Positions 1 through 12,827 of a stretch of 47,677 nt of DNA are shown one piece after another; positions within the stretch are counted from its first letter, which is position 1; every line of letters starts with the position of its first letter. The position numbers and the translations under genes are program-made. The notes beneath the pieces were generated by a model, which made no database searches, was not told the origin of the DNA, and was given only the letters and a program-made list of their open reading frames with translations. This DNA is from Klebsormidium nitens (Eukaryota; Plantae; Klebsormidiophyceae), in assembly GCA_000708835.1 (NCBI GenBank), contig DF237595.1, positions 1-47,677 on the forward strand. Reading direction: 5' to 3'.

Positions 1-1682
1 GTTCTAGACATCGAGGGGCAGCGTTCGACGAATACAACCTTTCGAACAGTTCTGTTTTCCTCCGGCCGACCCGGCATTGTGCTCGTCCGCATCCGTCCGC
101 CCTGTTTTACCCCGACCACCTACTACTAGTACTGTACTGTTTGACTAAAATCAAAATGGGCTAGGAGGGACACCGCCTAGCATTTTATGCATTTATTTTG
201 CTTTTTAACGGGGCGAAATGGTCTGCAAATCCTTGATTGGAATTTATTTTCAGTTCAGATTTTTGGGCAAGTCAAAATATATTTAATTGTTGCCCAACCG
301 GACAATTGGTACGGGTACATGCAAGTTACAACGTTTGCTGATGTTCCTCGGTAGAATAAACCGGGTAACAATTGTCGTACCGATTGACGTCGAAACTGCA
401 ACTTTTCTTGGTGCGTCGTCCCAATTACGGTAGTCGAACACTGCACACCTGACAGCAACCCATTAGGTGTGTAGGTACGTACCCCGAGACTCTGCCAGTG
501 CCAGTGGAGTCTGCCGGGAATCGGTCAGGTTTCTTCCAGCTGCAAAATGGCACCACTACTGTAGGCTGTACAGTGTACATAGTACATACATAGCTACCTA
601 TCCTCTCAGCTAGAGGCACACCTAAAATTTAGGCTACCGTAACACAAGACCCACTTGCAGGCGCGAGGAGAGAAGTGACTCGCCTGTTTGGAAGACGCAG
701 GGATGCCTAGCTGCCGCCTGCGCCACAAAATCTGCAAGGAGTAAAGTGGATCAGGTAAGAACGGAACGTCGCTGCTACTGGCATTCTCTCCTGGTTTGTC
801 CCTGTCTCATACACAAAAGGGACCAACGGTCTTTCTTTCAACAGCTGAGCGCTCCACCTTTCACTGGTTTGAGGAAAGTAGCTGGAGTCAAGTTGTAGGT
901 TCTGTAGGAGCTCTAAGAGCAAGATCTCTTGACTAGGAGCACCAGTGAAGGGTCACTTTGTGCGCTTCTCTCTGCACTGCTCCGACTGCTGCCAGACTAA
1001 CAGACAAGACAACGAGAGCTGGACACCACAATATGGGTATCTGTTCCGGACGGGGGCCTGCCGAAGCACTTTCAGAAAGTCATTCCAATGGCATGCCTGG
1101 TCTGGTTGCAGCGCCTGCCAGCATGGTGTCCGCTGAGCCCCACATGAACGGGACTTCCCCAGCTGTATCTGCAAAGAGTGTACACCCTGAGCCTCAAACA
1201 GCTCACATGGAGCAGCACCACAATCATGCAAATGGAGGAGCGCAGTTTGCCAACGTCTCAAAATGTCCATTTGCTCATGGCAGTGTGGGTGTCTTTCCGT
1301 ATCCAGGTGCGGCAATCCTTTCTGCCCCCTCAAATCTTTGTGTGAAAGTTTCAAGGTTGGACCATATGCTTAGCTCTTATTAGAGCCAAGGCATTACCAA
1401 CAGACTGAAGTGTAGTGGCTTTTATTCTTCAGAGCTAACTCAAGTATTGGACATTGACTTTGTCCAAAAGTTTTAGACTCTTCTGGATAATGCCTTCAGA
1501 TCCAAAGCTTGCTCAAGAAGTCCCCTGTTAAAGGCTTTTGAATGCTAATGTTGGGCTGCCCTCTTCGAAATCATACTCCTGTACACTTAAAAACACCTAC
1601 AAGATAAGTGACACTGGATCTCCGAAGAAGTAGACCTGACATCAGAAGCAGTTTGCAAATGCCAACCTTCCATGTCTTGCAG

Positions 1683-4600
1683 GATATGTCCATGGGAAGA
1701 ACCCAACCATCTGTCCCACGGGGTGCAAGCCTTCCCTTGACGTCGGCAAGAACGAGACCCCAAAGTAGAAGCTGATTCGTGAAGCAGTGGAGTATCAGGT
1801 ACACTGTCACAGAAGCATGAAACCCATGTGCGGTTGCCTGTGCTTGCTTGCCTATAACTGCAAAGATTAGGGCTGCCTAATTATGCATTACTGTCAGTTA
1901 GCTTTGCTGTGGGTCCTGAGGCTTCCACAATTTGAATGGCAGCAGCCTTGTTCATGAAAAAGATCTACAGTGAATTGGATATACGTCATTTGCACTCGCT
2001 GAGTGCTTCAGAGATGGCTATGCATGAAGCAGTCTGCTGGAAGAAATTGTCCTGCCAAAGCAGTTGTTCATTCAGCTCATCTTTAGCAATGAGTTCTGAG
2101 ATTGTCCATAGCTGACAGGGCCTTGGGCACGGGAACTAACCTGTGCTTTTCTTTCCGTGTACTGCAGGACCTCTTTCACAAGGAATTCCACTCCAGTCCG
2201 GAGGTCAAGGCTGCCAGGATCAAGGAGATTTTAGAGTCCATTGAGGCAACAGGGACGTATTCTCACACCTTTGACGAGCTGCAGCATGGTGAGCATTACA
2301 CTGTAAACCTTGTGGAGCAACACAATAGGCAACATACACGACATTGACTTTGAAGAGACTAGGCATTTGCACGCAAACTCCATAGAGATGTCTGATAGAC
2401 TGGTACAAAGGTCAGCATCTGTTTCCCTTAATTTAAAAACCGTCCTGCCTGAAAGGATTCAGAGCAAGTTTTCAGCATAATGCACAACACAGATACATTA
2501 GCTCAGAGTCAGCCTGGTGAATCTGGTGACATCATATGGAACTTTCTTTGAGAAAATCTTTGATCAAGCCAATGGGAAGCAGCAATTTCTGGCCTACTAT
2601 GTCAACGCACTTGCACCAGTCTCACCAAGAAAAAGCAGCTCTGCTCGAAAGATTGATTTCTATCCATTCCGAGCAATGGTAAGCCCCTGCTACGTAGAGG
2701 TCAGTCAATGACATGTACGCCGACTGCGTGTCTCAGATCAGTCATAGTTCAACATGGAGATTACTTCTGGGATCTTGCTTGAACCTGGCTTGAACCCTAA
2801 AAATATTCAGCTTATAAATGTGAGTGGCAGAAGCACCAGGTCAGTAAGAAAAGCTACCGCAAGGACTTGGGTTCAGTTGTGGCATTGATATATGGGTATT
2901 CTGGTCCCTGCTCTGAAAGGGCCATATCAACGTCAGGTTGACCCCTCCTTCACCCAACCAGCTACCGTTGTATCACTCTTCAGCAATCTGCTGCTTAATG
3001 CATCTCAAATCTCGTGCAGGGGCGCGAGTATCCTGGAGGAACGCCCCCAAGTGCTCCAACAGAAAGTTCTGGGACACCATTCAGTTGCGCGACAAGCGGC
3101 ATGTTACAACGGCTGAGGTGAGAGTTCGGGGTCAGGCCTCAAGCATCTAGAATTGGTGGTCATCTCGCAGTTTACGAGAGATAGATACTGCCACAGGTTG
3201 TTTCCTTTGTTGTCTCTCAGCTTTCTCTAGACTTGCAAGACGAGCTGGTTAGCCCTGCGCAACACTGGCAGAGAACAGTTCTCATTGCCACGGTTCGATC
3301 TGAACTCTGTCCGTCCACTGTTTTGTTTCAAGGCATGCACCAGGCCTGCTTGGAGATGCTTGAACTGGCTGGCAACTCTGGTGCTACTGAGCTTTTCATC
3401 TCAGTGTTCCCTCCTGAGCATCCGCTGACCAACGAGGGGGGCGCTCGAGTTTGGAACAATCAGCTGATGCGGTTTGCCGGTGAGACTAGTTACTCTACAG
3501 CATGCTGTTGGGGACTTCAAGCCAATTACCTCTGCTTCGAGCACTCAAATGTTAATATGTATGGTTGCAAAGCTGGTCTGGAAACAAACAGGGGTAAGCA
3601 AGGAGTTTTTGCCATTCTAGACTCGCAGAGTCGCTATTTTCACAGGAGATCAAGTAGAATGCCCTTTCCATTTTGAGGAAATGTCACCTCAAATGCCATT
3701 ATGTATCTTTTGCTCATTGCTTTCATGGACTGTCCAGATTTAGTTGCCGGTTTTGGCTGCAGACATCGCTGGAATTTGCTAGCCTGATCCTGCATCAGTT
3801 CTTTGACCAGTAGTACGGGGCAGGTATTGAGGTCGTTTTTGAGTTAAGATGGCGTAGGTTCCATTGAGCGTAAGTAGAAATAAGACTCGTGGGCTTCCTT
3901 GCGCCAAATGGCAGGGCTCGCAGCTGTGTTACAGGAGCACGGAAGCTTGATTTAGAGACCAGGCAAGTCGACTTGTTCAAGAGGCTCTAAAGTCAATGCA
4001 ACGGGTCCAGTCAAGAGGAAACGTCAGGGAGGAGGAAGCTGTGTTGCAAGACAGTGGGGATTCTCTTCTCTCGAAGCTGTCAAACACGTTTGCTGGCTCT
4101 GCCCAAGTGCAGTCTAATTGTCGTTCAGGATATCGGCAGACTGATATGAGCATCAAGGGGGACCCTGCGGAGGTGGCCTTCACGGAGATGCTTATCAGGA
4201 TGTTCGGATGGAAAGGACCAGGTACGGGATCTCTGGCACCCCTCCGGGGCCCTGCTATCGAAAGATAGCATGTTTCTGCCGATGTCTGCTTCTGGGGGTG
4301 ATTCTGGTCCGCTGTGATTTGCTGGAGATTCTTCGAAAGAGATATTCTACTGATCGAGTTCGCTCTAGCTCTAGAGTCCTCAGGCACGTTTCCGTACTTA
4401 TAGCACGGTGTGTATTGTAGTATATGTTGAGGCTGGCGAGCTCTAAAGAGTGGTATCAGGCGCTTCGGAGAAGCGAAAAGGGTCTAGCTAAATTAAACCC
4501 AAAACCCCGCACCTTCTCCGGATTCCAACTTCCTCACGTCCCACTCTTCCGTTCCTTCGTGAAATCGCTAATCCCTTTGCGGCCTGGAGAGTACCTTTTC

Positions 4601-6900
4601 TTAACGGGCTTCTGCTTCCGGATAAACTGCGCCAGGTCAGATCTCGCTCGTTTGCGAGTCCCTTCGTGCGCGCACAGCACATATCGGGTGCATGGACTGC
4701 TCTGTCTCAATAATCCACCAGTTCGTTAATCTCTGAAGTTACACGCTTGGAGCCTTTTTCATCCCTCTTCTGCAGGCACGGACTTCGACATTCTTCCCCT
4801 GGTCCTGCAGCCCAGCCCGACAGACGAGCCCAAGATGTTCTCGATCCCCCCCCAGTACATCCCGGAGGTGCGCTTCTTGCACCCCCAGCACACGTGGTTC
4901 GCCAGCCTGGGCCTCAAATGGTACGGCATCCCCTGCGTCTCCAACATGCGCATGCGCCTCGGGGGGCTCCTCTACACGGGCGTCCCCTTCACCGGCTGGT
5001 AAGTCGTCTGTTCCGGTGTCGCTGGCAGCGGAACCGATCGAAGGCGTTTTGGTGGATGCTCGAGGCTTGTCCAAGGCGTAGCTAGCTTAGATCCAGAGGA
5101 GTCTTGTCACGCGTCCTTGCCGGTGCCGTCGAAAGCCATTGCTTGCCATCGCCCCGCTCTGGAAGCGAAGAACAGACGGTTTGTCTTCCTTTCTGCCTGG
5201 TGTCGGTCAATAAATGTTTTAGACAACAAACTGGGGAGTGCCGTGATGTGAACACATTTCCATTGTTTCTTTTCCCCCAAGAGCACCAAAAGCTTACTCA
5301 AAAGCGTACTTACTGGCCTACTTGGATCCTGCCTCTAGACCAAGACAGCCTGAGCTTGATATGATCGTTATGCTTCAAAGTGCTAAGAAACTGCCTCAGA
5401 GGACACTTCTCTGCCTTTTAATTCCGGCTTGACAGGCGGGATGCTTCCCCCTTCCCTTAGACGGCATCAAGAACTTCATTTTTTGTGCACGCCTTTCAGG
5501 TATGCCGACGTTGAGATCTTGCGCAATCTGAGCGACGAGTCTCGCTACAACAAGCTGTCACTTATTGCCGAACGCCTGGGCTACAATACGTCAGAGAACA
5601 GCAACCTGTGGAAGGATGCGGCTCTCCTTGTCTTGAACCAGGTACGTTGTGAAAGATTGAATCTTTCTGCTAGAGTGCTTCGGTGTTTCGGTCCCAACTT
5701 CCTGATGAGGCTTGAGTTGGAAGAAGATCCAAGCATCAACAAAGTTCTGGGCTAATAGACTGCTATTACGTCAACCAAGAGAAAGCCAACTGCGATTCAG
5801 CGCACCCTTGATTCGACAATTACCTCGGCGTCAAAGCATGGCTCTTTTCACTAAAGCTCAGTACGATTTGTTAGGATGATCAGCATCACTCTTACTATCG
5901 TGCTCGGTGTGCTTCGAGGGGTTTCTGAACTCCCTTGGGATATTTGGTGTGATTGTAGTAAAACTTGAGTTTTGTAACACCTGACCGATCCGTCTCGTGA
6001 TACTTTCGCAGCCTCTTGAAGATGCAAACTTCGGCAAAACGTTCCGGTAGGACTGTGAGAGCCGTGTGCTGTTCCTCCTCACCGTTGAGCCTCTTGCCCT
6101 ATAGATTCTGGCCATTGTCCTCTGATTTTGCCAGTGACTGAGAGCCTTTCTTCTCTTACAGGCGATTGTCTACAGCTTCCAAGAGGCAGCATTGGGCATC
6201 GCGGACCACCACACGCTGATGGAACAGTTTTGGGTTTGGCAAGCGGTGCGTGAATCGGTTTGCCGCCTCTTCATGTGCATGATTGAGCCGCCTCTCCCCC
6301 TGCAAAGTTGATCTATCGTTTCTAGAGCTGCTCTTGCCTTCTGACGTTCTCAAGGTGCGGACGAAAACTTCAATTGTTCGGTTTTGATGGCTTCATTCTA
6401 CGATCGGAAGAATCAAGAACTTTCTCTCAGTCCTGAGCCATGGGGCCTTCCTTCGAAACATTCAGAGATTATCTTGTTCGGACACTTGGATCGCCAAGAA
6501 AAAGCAGAAAACCATGAAGGACAGGTCGATAGCCGAATTGTACCTTTTAGGAGTAGGCTGCCATGTTGCCCCGCTTTCCCAAAAGAAAACAGCCTTTGTG
6601 ATCTTTCTGGCCCTCAACTCTCTAACAGTCGGATTGGTTGAACGAGCAGAGGTGAATTTCGGACAACCTGTCTATAATTCCGTGCCTTTGTAGGCCTTGT
6701 TCGCAAATTCCGAAGCCTGAGCCCGCTCAAGGATCGATACCTCGGCCTTCTCCTTTGCTTGCAGGAAGAGAAGGCGAAGCGCGGCTACGTGTCCGTCAAC
6801 TGGAAGTGGGTCATTCCGCCGGTCGCCTCTAGCACCAGCCGCTGCTATTTAGGGCTCAGCAAGACGACGGAATATACGCTGCAGCCCGCGTATGTCGGGG
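1683..6900 (+). other. NOS oxygenase (heme/pterin) domain exons
   Basis: CPTGC (CX3C zinc motif), ATGTYSHTFDELQHGARVSWRNAPKCSNRKFW (heme-thiolate Cys codon 3052-3054), RVWNNQLMRFAGY, FDILPLVLQ, KWYGIPCVSNM, PFTGWYADVEILRNL (substrate-binding Glu), DHHT, NWKWVIPP. Confidence 0.95.
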
Positions 6901-9900
6901 GCCCCGGTTGGCTGAACTTTGCGAAAGCGCACTTCGGGCCAAACTTCGACCGGTCCCCCGGGGGCTTCAACCCAGGGGTGCTCAACCCGTACGTCATCAA
7001 AATGCTCGCGTGGATCAAGATGCATACCGCAAAGCCGAGGCCGCGCCTGCTCATCCTCTAATCCACCGTCACCGGGACCGCACAGGCGTACGCCTCTCAA
7101 GTAAGACGTGTGACGCGACTAACCAGCTTTCTTTACCCGCTTTACCTGATCGGGGACAACTTCGAAGGTCTTTCGCTGGCTGTTGTTGATGATGTGCAGC
7201 CTTTGGAGCGATACGAGCAAGCGAAGTCAGAGGACTGCATACAGGGTCCCCTAGACTATAGGGCACGCCGTCACATGCATAGCTTGACAGCGTGCCATAT
7301 CGCGACGTTTCACAGCATGGGTGGTCGACTGGGTCCGCAAAGTGGTTCCCAAGCGTGTGCCTGAGCGCCTCTGGTCTGAACGCACACCGCCTGCACCACT
7401 GCAGCTCCTCTCGAGAGCAAAGCGTATCCTTTCATCCCGCTCGACTGCTGCTCAGTCCCGGCCTGCCGCTTCCTCTCAAAACAATCCTTACAAATGTGCC
7501 GGTTCAATGTAACGAAGAAGACTCTGACTCGCCCTGACCTGGCATGCGTCGCCTGGAAAGTAGCAGAATGGACTTCGTTGTTCTAGTCCTGCCCTCAATG
7601 CTCTGAGTTTAATGCTGCTTCTATGCTTTTCGATGCATTGAGTTATGAGCGCGTTGAACCTTTAGCATTCGACTTCAAAGCAGGTAGACCAGAGGGCTGA
7701 TCCCTCGCACCCGCACCGAGCCAAACCCGCCACCACCTGTTCCATTCCTGTCGACTGAGCTTACAGTCGACTGACAGATGGGCTGATAGTTGACTGAACC
7801 GACTAATGCTTCTTCGTGCAGCTGGCCGGTCTCACGAAGGACCCTTTCAAGGTGCAAGTCCTGAGCGTCAAGGAATATGAGGACGCCAAGTTCAACGCCT
7901 CTGACGTCATCATACTTGTGACGTCGACATACGGGTCCGGGGCGCCCCCCGCCACGGCCACCAGGTGATTCATATGCCGCAATACCAAACTGTGATAGAA
8001 GCGTCCCCTTGACTAACTACTGGTGATTTGAGCCCCAGAAACTGCGCCACTCGATTTTAGCCGCTTCGATCATAAAAGTGTTGAAATGAAGTTGCCCAGG
8101 AGGTATCCTCTTCTCGAAGGTAGTTCCGATCTCTCATATCCACTGCGATAAGAGATTTGGGAAAGCGGCCACTTCTTTAACCGATGACGTCTTGCCACGT
8201 GCCAGGCTGAGAGTCTGTCAGAACATTCGACACCAATAGGCCCAGTTTTACACAGGCCTTTGTGATCCTTCACGCCTTTCACAGTTGGAAAGGTCAGATC
8301 TTTACCAGACCAAACGGTTCCTGAATCATTTGACGAAGGGTCCGCCCCTCAATCATCTGCAAAGCCGATGAATTCAAGTTTCTCTGCCGTATCTTGTACA
8401 ACTTGAAAATAGGCCTTCAGTGCTTTATACTGACGCTCTTGTTTCGCTCACGAAGGTTCTTGTCTTGGCTGAGCCTGCAAGGCGACGACCCCAAGTCTCC
8501 TCTCAAAGGCAAGGCGTTTGGCGTGTTCGGACTTGGGAGCAGCTGCTACCCTCGGTTCTGCGCAGCGGCCAGCCTGATGCACACCCTCATGCTCGCAGCA
8601 GGTACAGTCTAACGGAGAAATCCACGGTCCCCTTGCAACTCCTCTCTAGTCTGATTCGAGGGATCTATCCTCTAAGCCGTCCAGCTTGGTGGATTTTTGC
8701 CACTTTAGAAATCTTTCCTTTCCGAGAAAGTTAACTAAGAGGCAATACTTCTGTCCGACAATAGCTGTTTGTCAATTCGTTGCCTTTCCTGCGGAGACGA
8801 GCGGCATTCTGCGGGGTTGGTCAACCCTGAGGTCCAGAACGGAATACGGCTCTCCATTGCGCTTCTCGGTGTGTGTCAGACGTCGAGTTCTGCGGCCTTT
8901 CGGGATGTTTCATCAACGACCTGCGATGCTTCCTTTGACGATGCTGGTCTCGGTCTTGTTTTCTTCGTTGCCCTTCCTCAAAGGACTTTGTTAGAATCTG
9001 GGCGCATCCTGTGAAGGCTTGCCAGCTGGTCTCGACTCTTTCTCCGACGACTTGAATCTCGTTCTTGGTCGTGGAAACAGGGGGAAATCCTATCGCTCCG
9101 GTTGGGAAGGCGACCAGCTTGGGGGCCGCGAAACTGCGTTCCGTGAGTGGCTTGGAGACGCGTTCCGTGGGGTTGCCACCGAGCAGGTATGCCTACCTTT
9201 CTTCTACCTGGCGGAAAGGATGCGTTCTCATGATTCGAAGCGGGTTTGGATTCTGGCTGCGCGTGCACTTCAATCGCTCCTTCTCATAGTGAATCTGGAA
9301 CGTCGGAGATAAGTGATTTCGATTGAACCCTATGGCAAGCGGTCCCTCTATCCCTGCCAGAAGTGGAGGGCCTTTTCCAAAAAGTTGAAATAGGACATCC
9401 TCTCTTTGGAATGCAAAGTCTCATAACATGATCCCTTCCTGCATCCGAACCCGCAAACCTGATTCCGTATTGACGTCAAGAGCGCCGGTCCTGCAGCCTG
9501 GAATACGAGAGGCCTGCGAAGGCGTGCAGACGAACCTGAAGACTCTCATGGGTGGAGACGCTGGCTTCGTCGCCCGCTACGGGCTCGTCGTCCTCTCAGG
9601 TGAGTTTCGCTCGTTCTTTCAGCAGTTTTCAAAGCGCTAAGAGGAACTTTGGCATCCCTTTGAAAAGACGTAGCCCAAACCTCATCGATCCTGAGAATTG
9701 GTATTGAGCAAGAGCCGAACACGGAGTTGCCCCTTCATCGTAGCCTTTAGCCGGTATCGCTCAGACAAGACTTGCATTCTGCACCTTTTTGGCGCCGCTA
9801 TGCTGACCGCTTTTGTGCGCGCGCAGGCATCAAGAAGCTCGCGGAGGATGTGAAAGTCCTCAAGGGGCCGGTCCTGGAGGCCAAGCCGCTCTTCGACAGT

Positions 9901-11160
9901 ACCGATGGACGCGCGACCACGCTCGTGCGGATTGACATCTCGTCGGAGCCGCTTGCCATCTACGAGCCAGGTTTGGAGCCCTTTCCGATTTCTCGTCGTT
10001 GTTCAATTATTCCAGGGCTTGTTAGTGTGTGAGCTCAATTTTTCCAGTTAACAAGAGTCCCCTGCCCGTTTCTATCTCACTGCATCTCTAACCTGTGATG
10101 ATCGTTTCTTCCTAATCAGACTAACAGGGTCTCAAGTGTCGTCTTGATCTGTCTGGGGTAGTGCTTCTTCTTGAAATAGTTGCTGAATGCGAGCCTCAGC
10201 AGAGGCATTGAGTGATGTCATCGGAGTAACGATTCTGAGCTGGACGGATGAGGGACAGGTGCTCGCACGTCTAGCGGGGGGTTTGAAGAAGACTTTAGGA
10301 CATGGACTTGACCGACTCGAGTTCAGTAGCTGAATATACTCTCCGTCGCTCGTCGAGCTTCCGCGGCTGACGTGAGGAAGAATGCAGTGCGCAAGCTTTC
10401 TAAAGAATGTTGGCTGCAAACTTGTCCGCTGATCCGTTCCGTTGAGCTCCCGCTCCAAATTGACCTGGTCAGCTTGATTGGTTCTACTACACTTATCGGT
10501 CTTGCAACAGCGAACGCGTGATCTTCGAAAACATTTTTGCAGCTTCATGAGTCTCCAGACGAGCTTGAATTTAGATGTTCCCTTTCATTTTGAGTCGATC
10601 ATCCAACCCTTTCAACACAATACTTTGACGGGCGCCCTGACATGATTGTAGCGGGTGCATCTACGACAACCGAGGCTTCAACCTTTAGTCGCCTTTCTTT
10701 CCACTGTAGCCGCCTTCCGATGCAAATTTTCACCCCCCTCTTGTTCCAGGCGACCACATCGCCGTCGCGCCTTGCAACCTTGCCCTGGGATCCCGCCTGG
10801 ACGAGGTCGCCGACCACTTGGAGCTCAGCCTCGATACCGTCTTCGACCTAGAAATTCTGGTCAACAGCGATGACCCGGACGTGGAGGACCCCAAGAAGAT
10901 TTTCCCGCTGCCCAACTCGCTCCGCACGATCCTGACCAACCACGTGGCGCTCCAGGACGAGGTCAACTTCCGGGCCGTGCTGCCGCTCTCGATGGTACGT
11001 GTGGCATCTGTAACTTCGCGTGTGAACATTTGTGATTCACACTAATTAGGTTCTGTTGGAGGACAGATCATTGAAGTACCTTCAATGATTTTGCGTCAGA
11101 TTTCTTGTCCAAGTCCGGTCGGATGGGAGTGTGTTCCGTTTGGGCTCGCTGCAGATTCTT

Positions 11161-11330
11161 CTCAAGGGATATAAAGGTAGGCCAAGATAATAACAAGCTT
11201 CGACTAATACCAAAGCCTAACCCAAAAAAAGACGTGCTCCGCGCCCATACCCACCCTTACTACCAGACTAACCCTGCCCGTCCCATTGCCGTTACCTTAT
11301 TATCATCCGCTTATCATTATCTTTATTGAG
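11161..11330 (+). mobile_element. MITE-like non-autonomous element, copy 1 (NOS intron after the exon ending 10994)
   Basis: Imperfect terminal inverted repeats (ctcaag...gataataa / ttattatc...ttgag), no ORF, and clear similarity by eye to the reverse complement of 12641-12827. Confidence 0.55.
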
Positions 11331-12640
11331 TTTAGGCTAAGCAGCGGTAGGTGATGCATCCCGGAGTTGTTCCTTCCGACCACCGTGGCCGTCGATTATG
11401 TGTAGAACAGGGAGCACGGCCGCCGCCCAGTGAGCGGGTTCAGAAGTTGCTTTACACGCCTCCATCAGCTGTGGATCCAATAAATGTCCAGTCGGACCCT
11501 CGTCTTGAAGTAGAAGAAAGTCAGACGCATTGAATTGAATTCTGCAGTATGCCAAGGGTGCGGACGAAGAAGAGCTGACTGCGCTCGGCGGTGATGAAAA
11601 GCAGTTCCAGGCCTGGCAGGCGGAAGAGCACCTCAGGTCAGTACTCGAACTGGCTCAGCTTGTTTCCGCATTTACTCTAGCTCGTGCCATAAGCATGCCT
11701 GTCTTTCTCAATCTCCGCACGAGTCATTCTGGAAAAACATAGAACATGCTTCGGTCGTTGGTTGTCCACAGAGAGCTTCAATCACCTAAGAAGCCGCCAC
11801 AGTCGATTTCTTGAGCGGCATCTCTGCCTGCGACGATGCCGCCATCCGCCCTGCCCGCATCGATCGCTGCAAAAAACCCGTTCAAACCTTTCCAAAAGCC
11901 CTGGTGTCAAGTCAAAGCCTTCCCCCTATGTTCACGCGTATGCTCTGCGGATGCTGATCCCGCTTACAATGTTGATGGCACAGGTGGGTCGACATTTTCG
12001 ACCGCTTCCCAACGCTGTCCAGGAAGCTCCCCGTCGAGGTGCTGCTTCAGATCGCGCCGTCCATCCACCCCCGCTACTACAGCATTGCGAGCAGCATGCT
12101 GGCAAGCCCGGGAGAGGTGAGCAGTTACTGCGTACTGATCGAAACCACTTTTCTCGTAAGTTTGAGACAGATTAAGCTAAGTACGTGGCGTAACATAGAT
12201 TTTCAAGCACGAAAGCCGATTGTAGGTGCTTCTTTTAAGGTGACTGGTTTAGGTAGCTGGAGACAGCATGCTTTTTTTTGGAAGGGGTCAGAAAGTTGTA
12301 GGCGTTGAAAGCAGCTAGAGATCGTTGCGTCGTTTGTTGCTGAGGATTGCTGGAGGACGTATTTCCGGAACTTTTCTTTGCCTTCGTTCCTCAAGATTCG
12401 TCTTCCTCCAAAAACACCTAACCCTTCGCCTCTCCGTCAAGTGATGTTTCAGCTCTTAGCCTCCCACACGCGGCAATTAGCAGTGCTTCCCGCTAATTTC
12501 CGCTTTGATTTTCTCCACGTATCACGCAAGAAGGTTGGCCAACAGTGCTACTTCTTCTCCTACATATGAGTTCCCTCTCGAGGTACTTTTGCCGGTGTCA
12601 TGTCACGCTGAACACCCCGTCAGGCCACGATCACAATATC

Positions 12641-12827
12641 CTCAGCTTTTATATCGAAGAAAATACATATAAGCCGAGATAATAATAAGTTGAAACCGTC
12701 CTGGGACGGGTAGGGTTAGATTGGTGGTTGGGGTGGGTGTGGGTGCGGAGCAGGTATCCTTTTGGATTAGGGTGTTTTTATTAGCCGGAGCTTTCAATTA
12801 TCCTGGCTTATAATTGTCTATCTTGAG
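12641..12827 (-). mobile_element. MITE-like element, copy 2, inverted relative to copy 1
   Basis: Reverse complement contains ctgctccgcacccacacccacccc...ctaaccctacccgtccc, matching gtgctccgcgcccatacccaccc...ctaaccctgcccgtccc in copy 1. Confidence 0.55.

Noticed and set aside
1766-7061. Stop-codon reassignment (TAR = Gln as in some ulvophytes) explaining the NOS stops
   Set aside because: The TAA sits at a Tyr position, TAA and TAG terminate the globin, DDT and HDO frames, and 7.4 kb of DDT coding sequence contains no internal TAR.
1766-9112. RNA editing, readthrough or programmed frameshifting as a rescue system for the NOS gene
   Set aside because: The lesions are of five different kinds, A-to-I editing of UAG gives Trp and cannot yield Tyr from UAA, and there is no slippery heptamer at 9104-9112. 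Decay is more parsimonious.
11215-11275. Telomere-like ctaaccc motifs
   Set aside because: They are isolated, lie inside the MITE-like element, and are not tandem.
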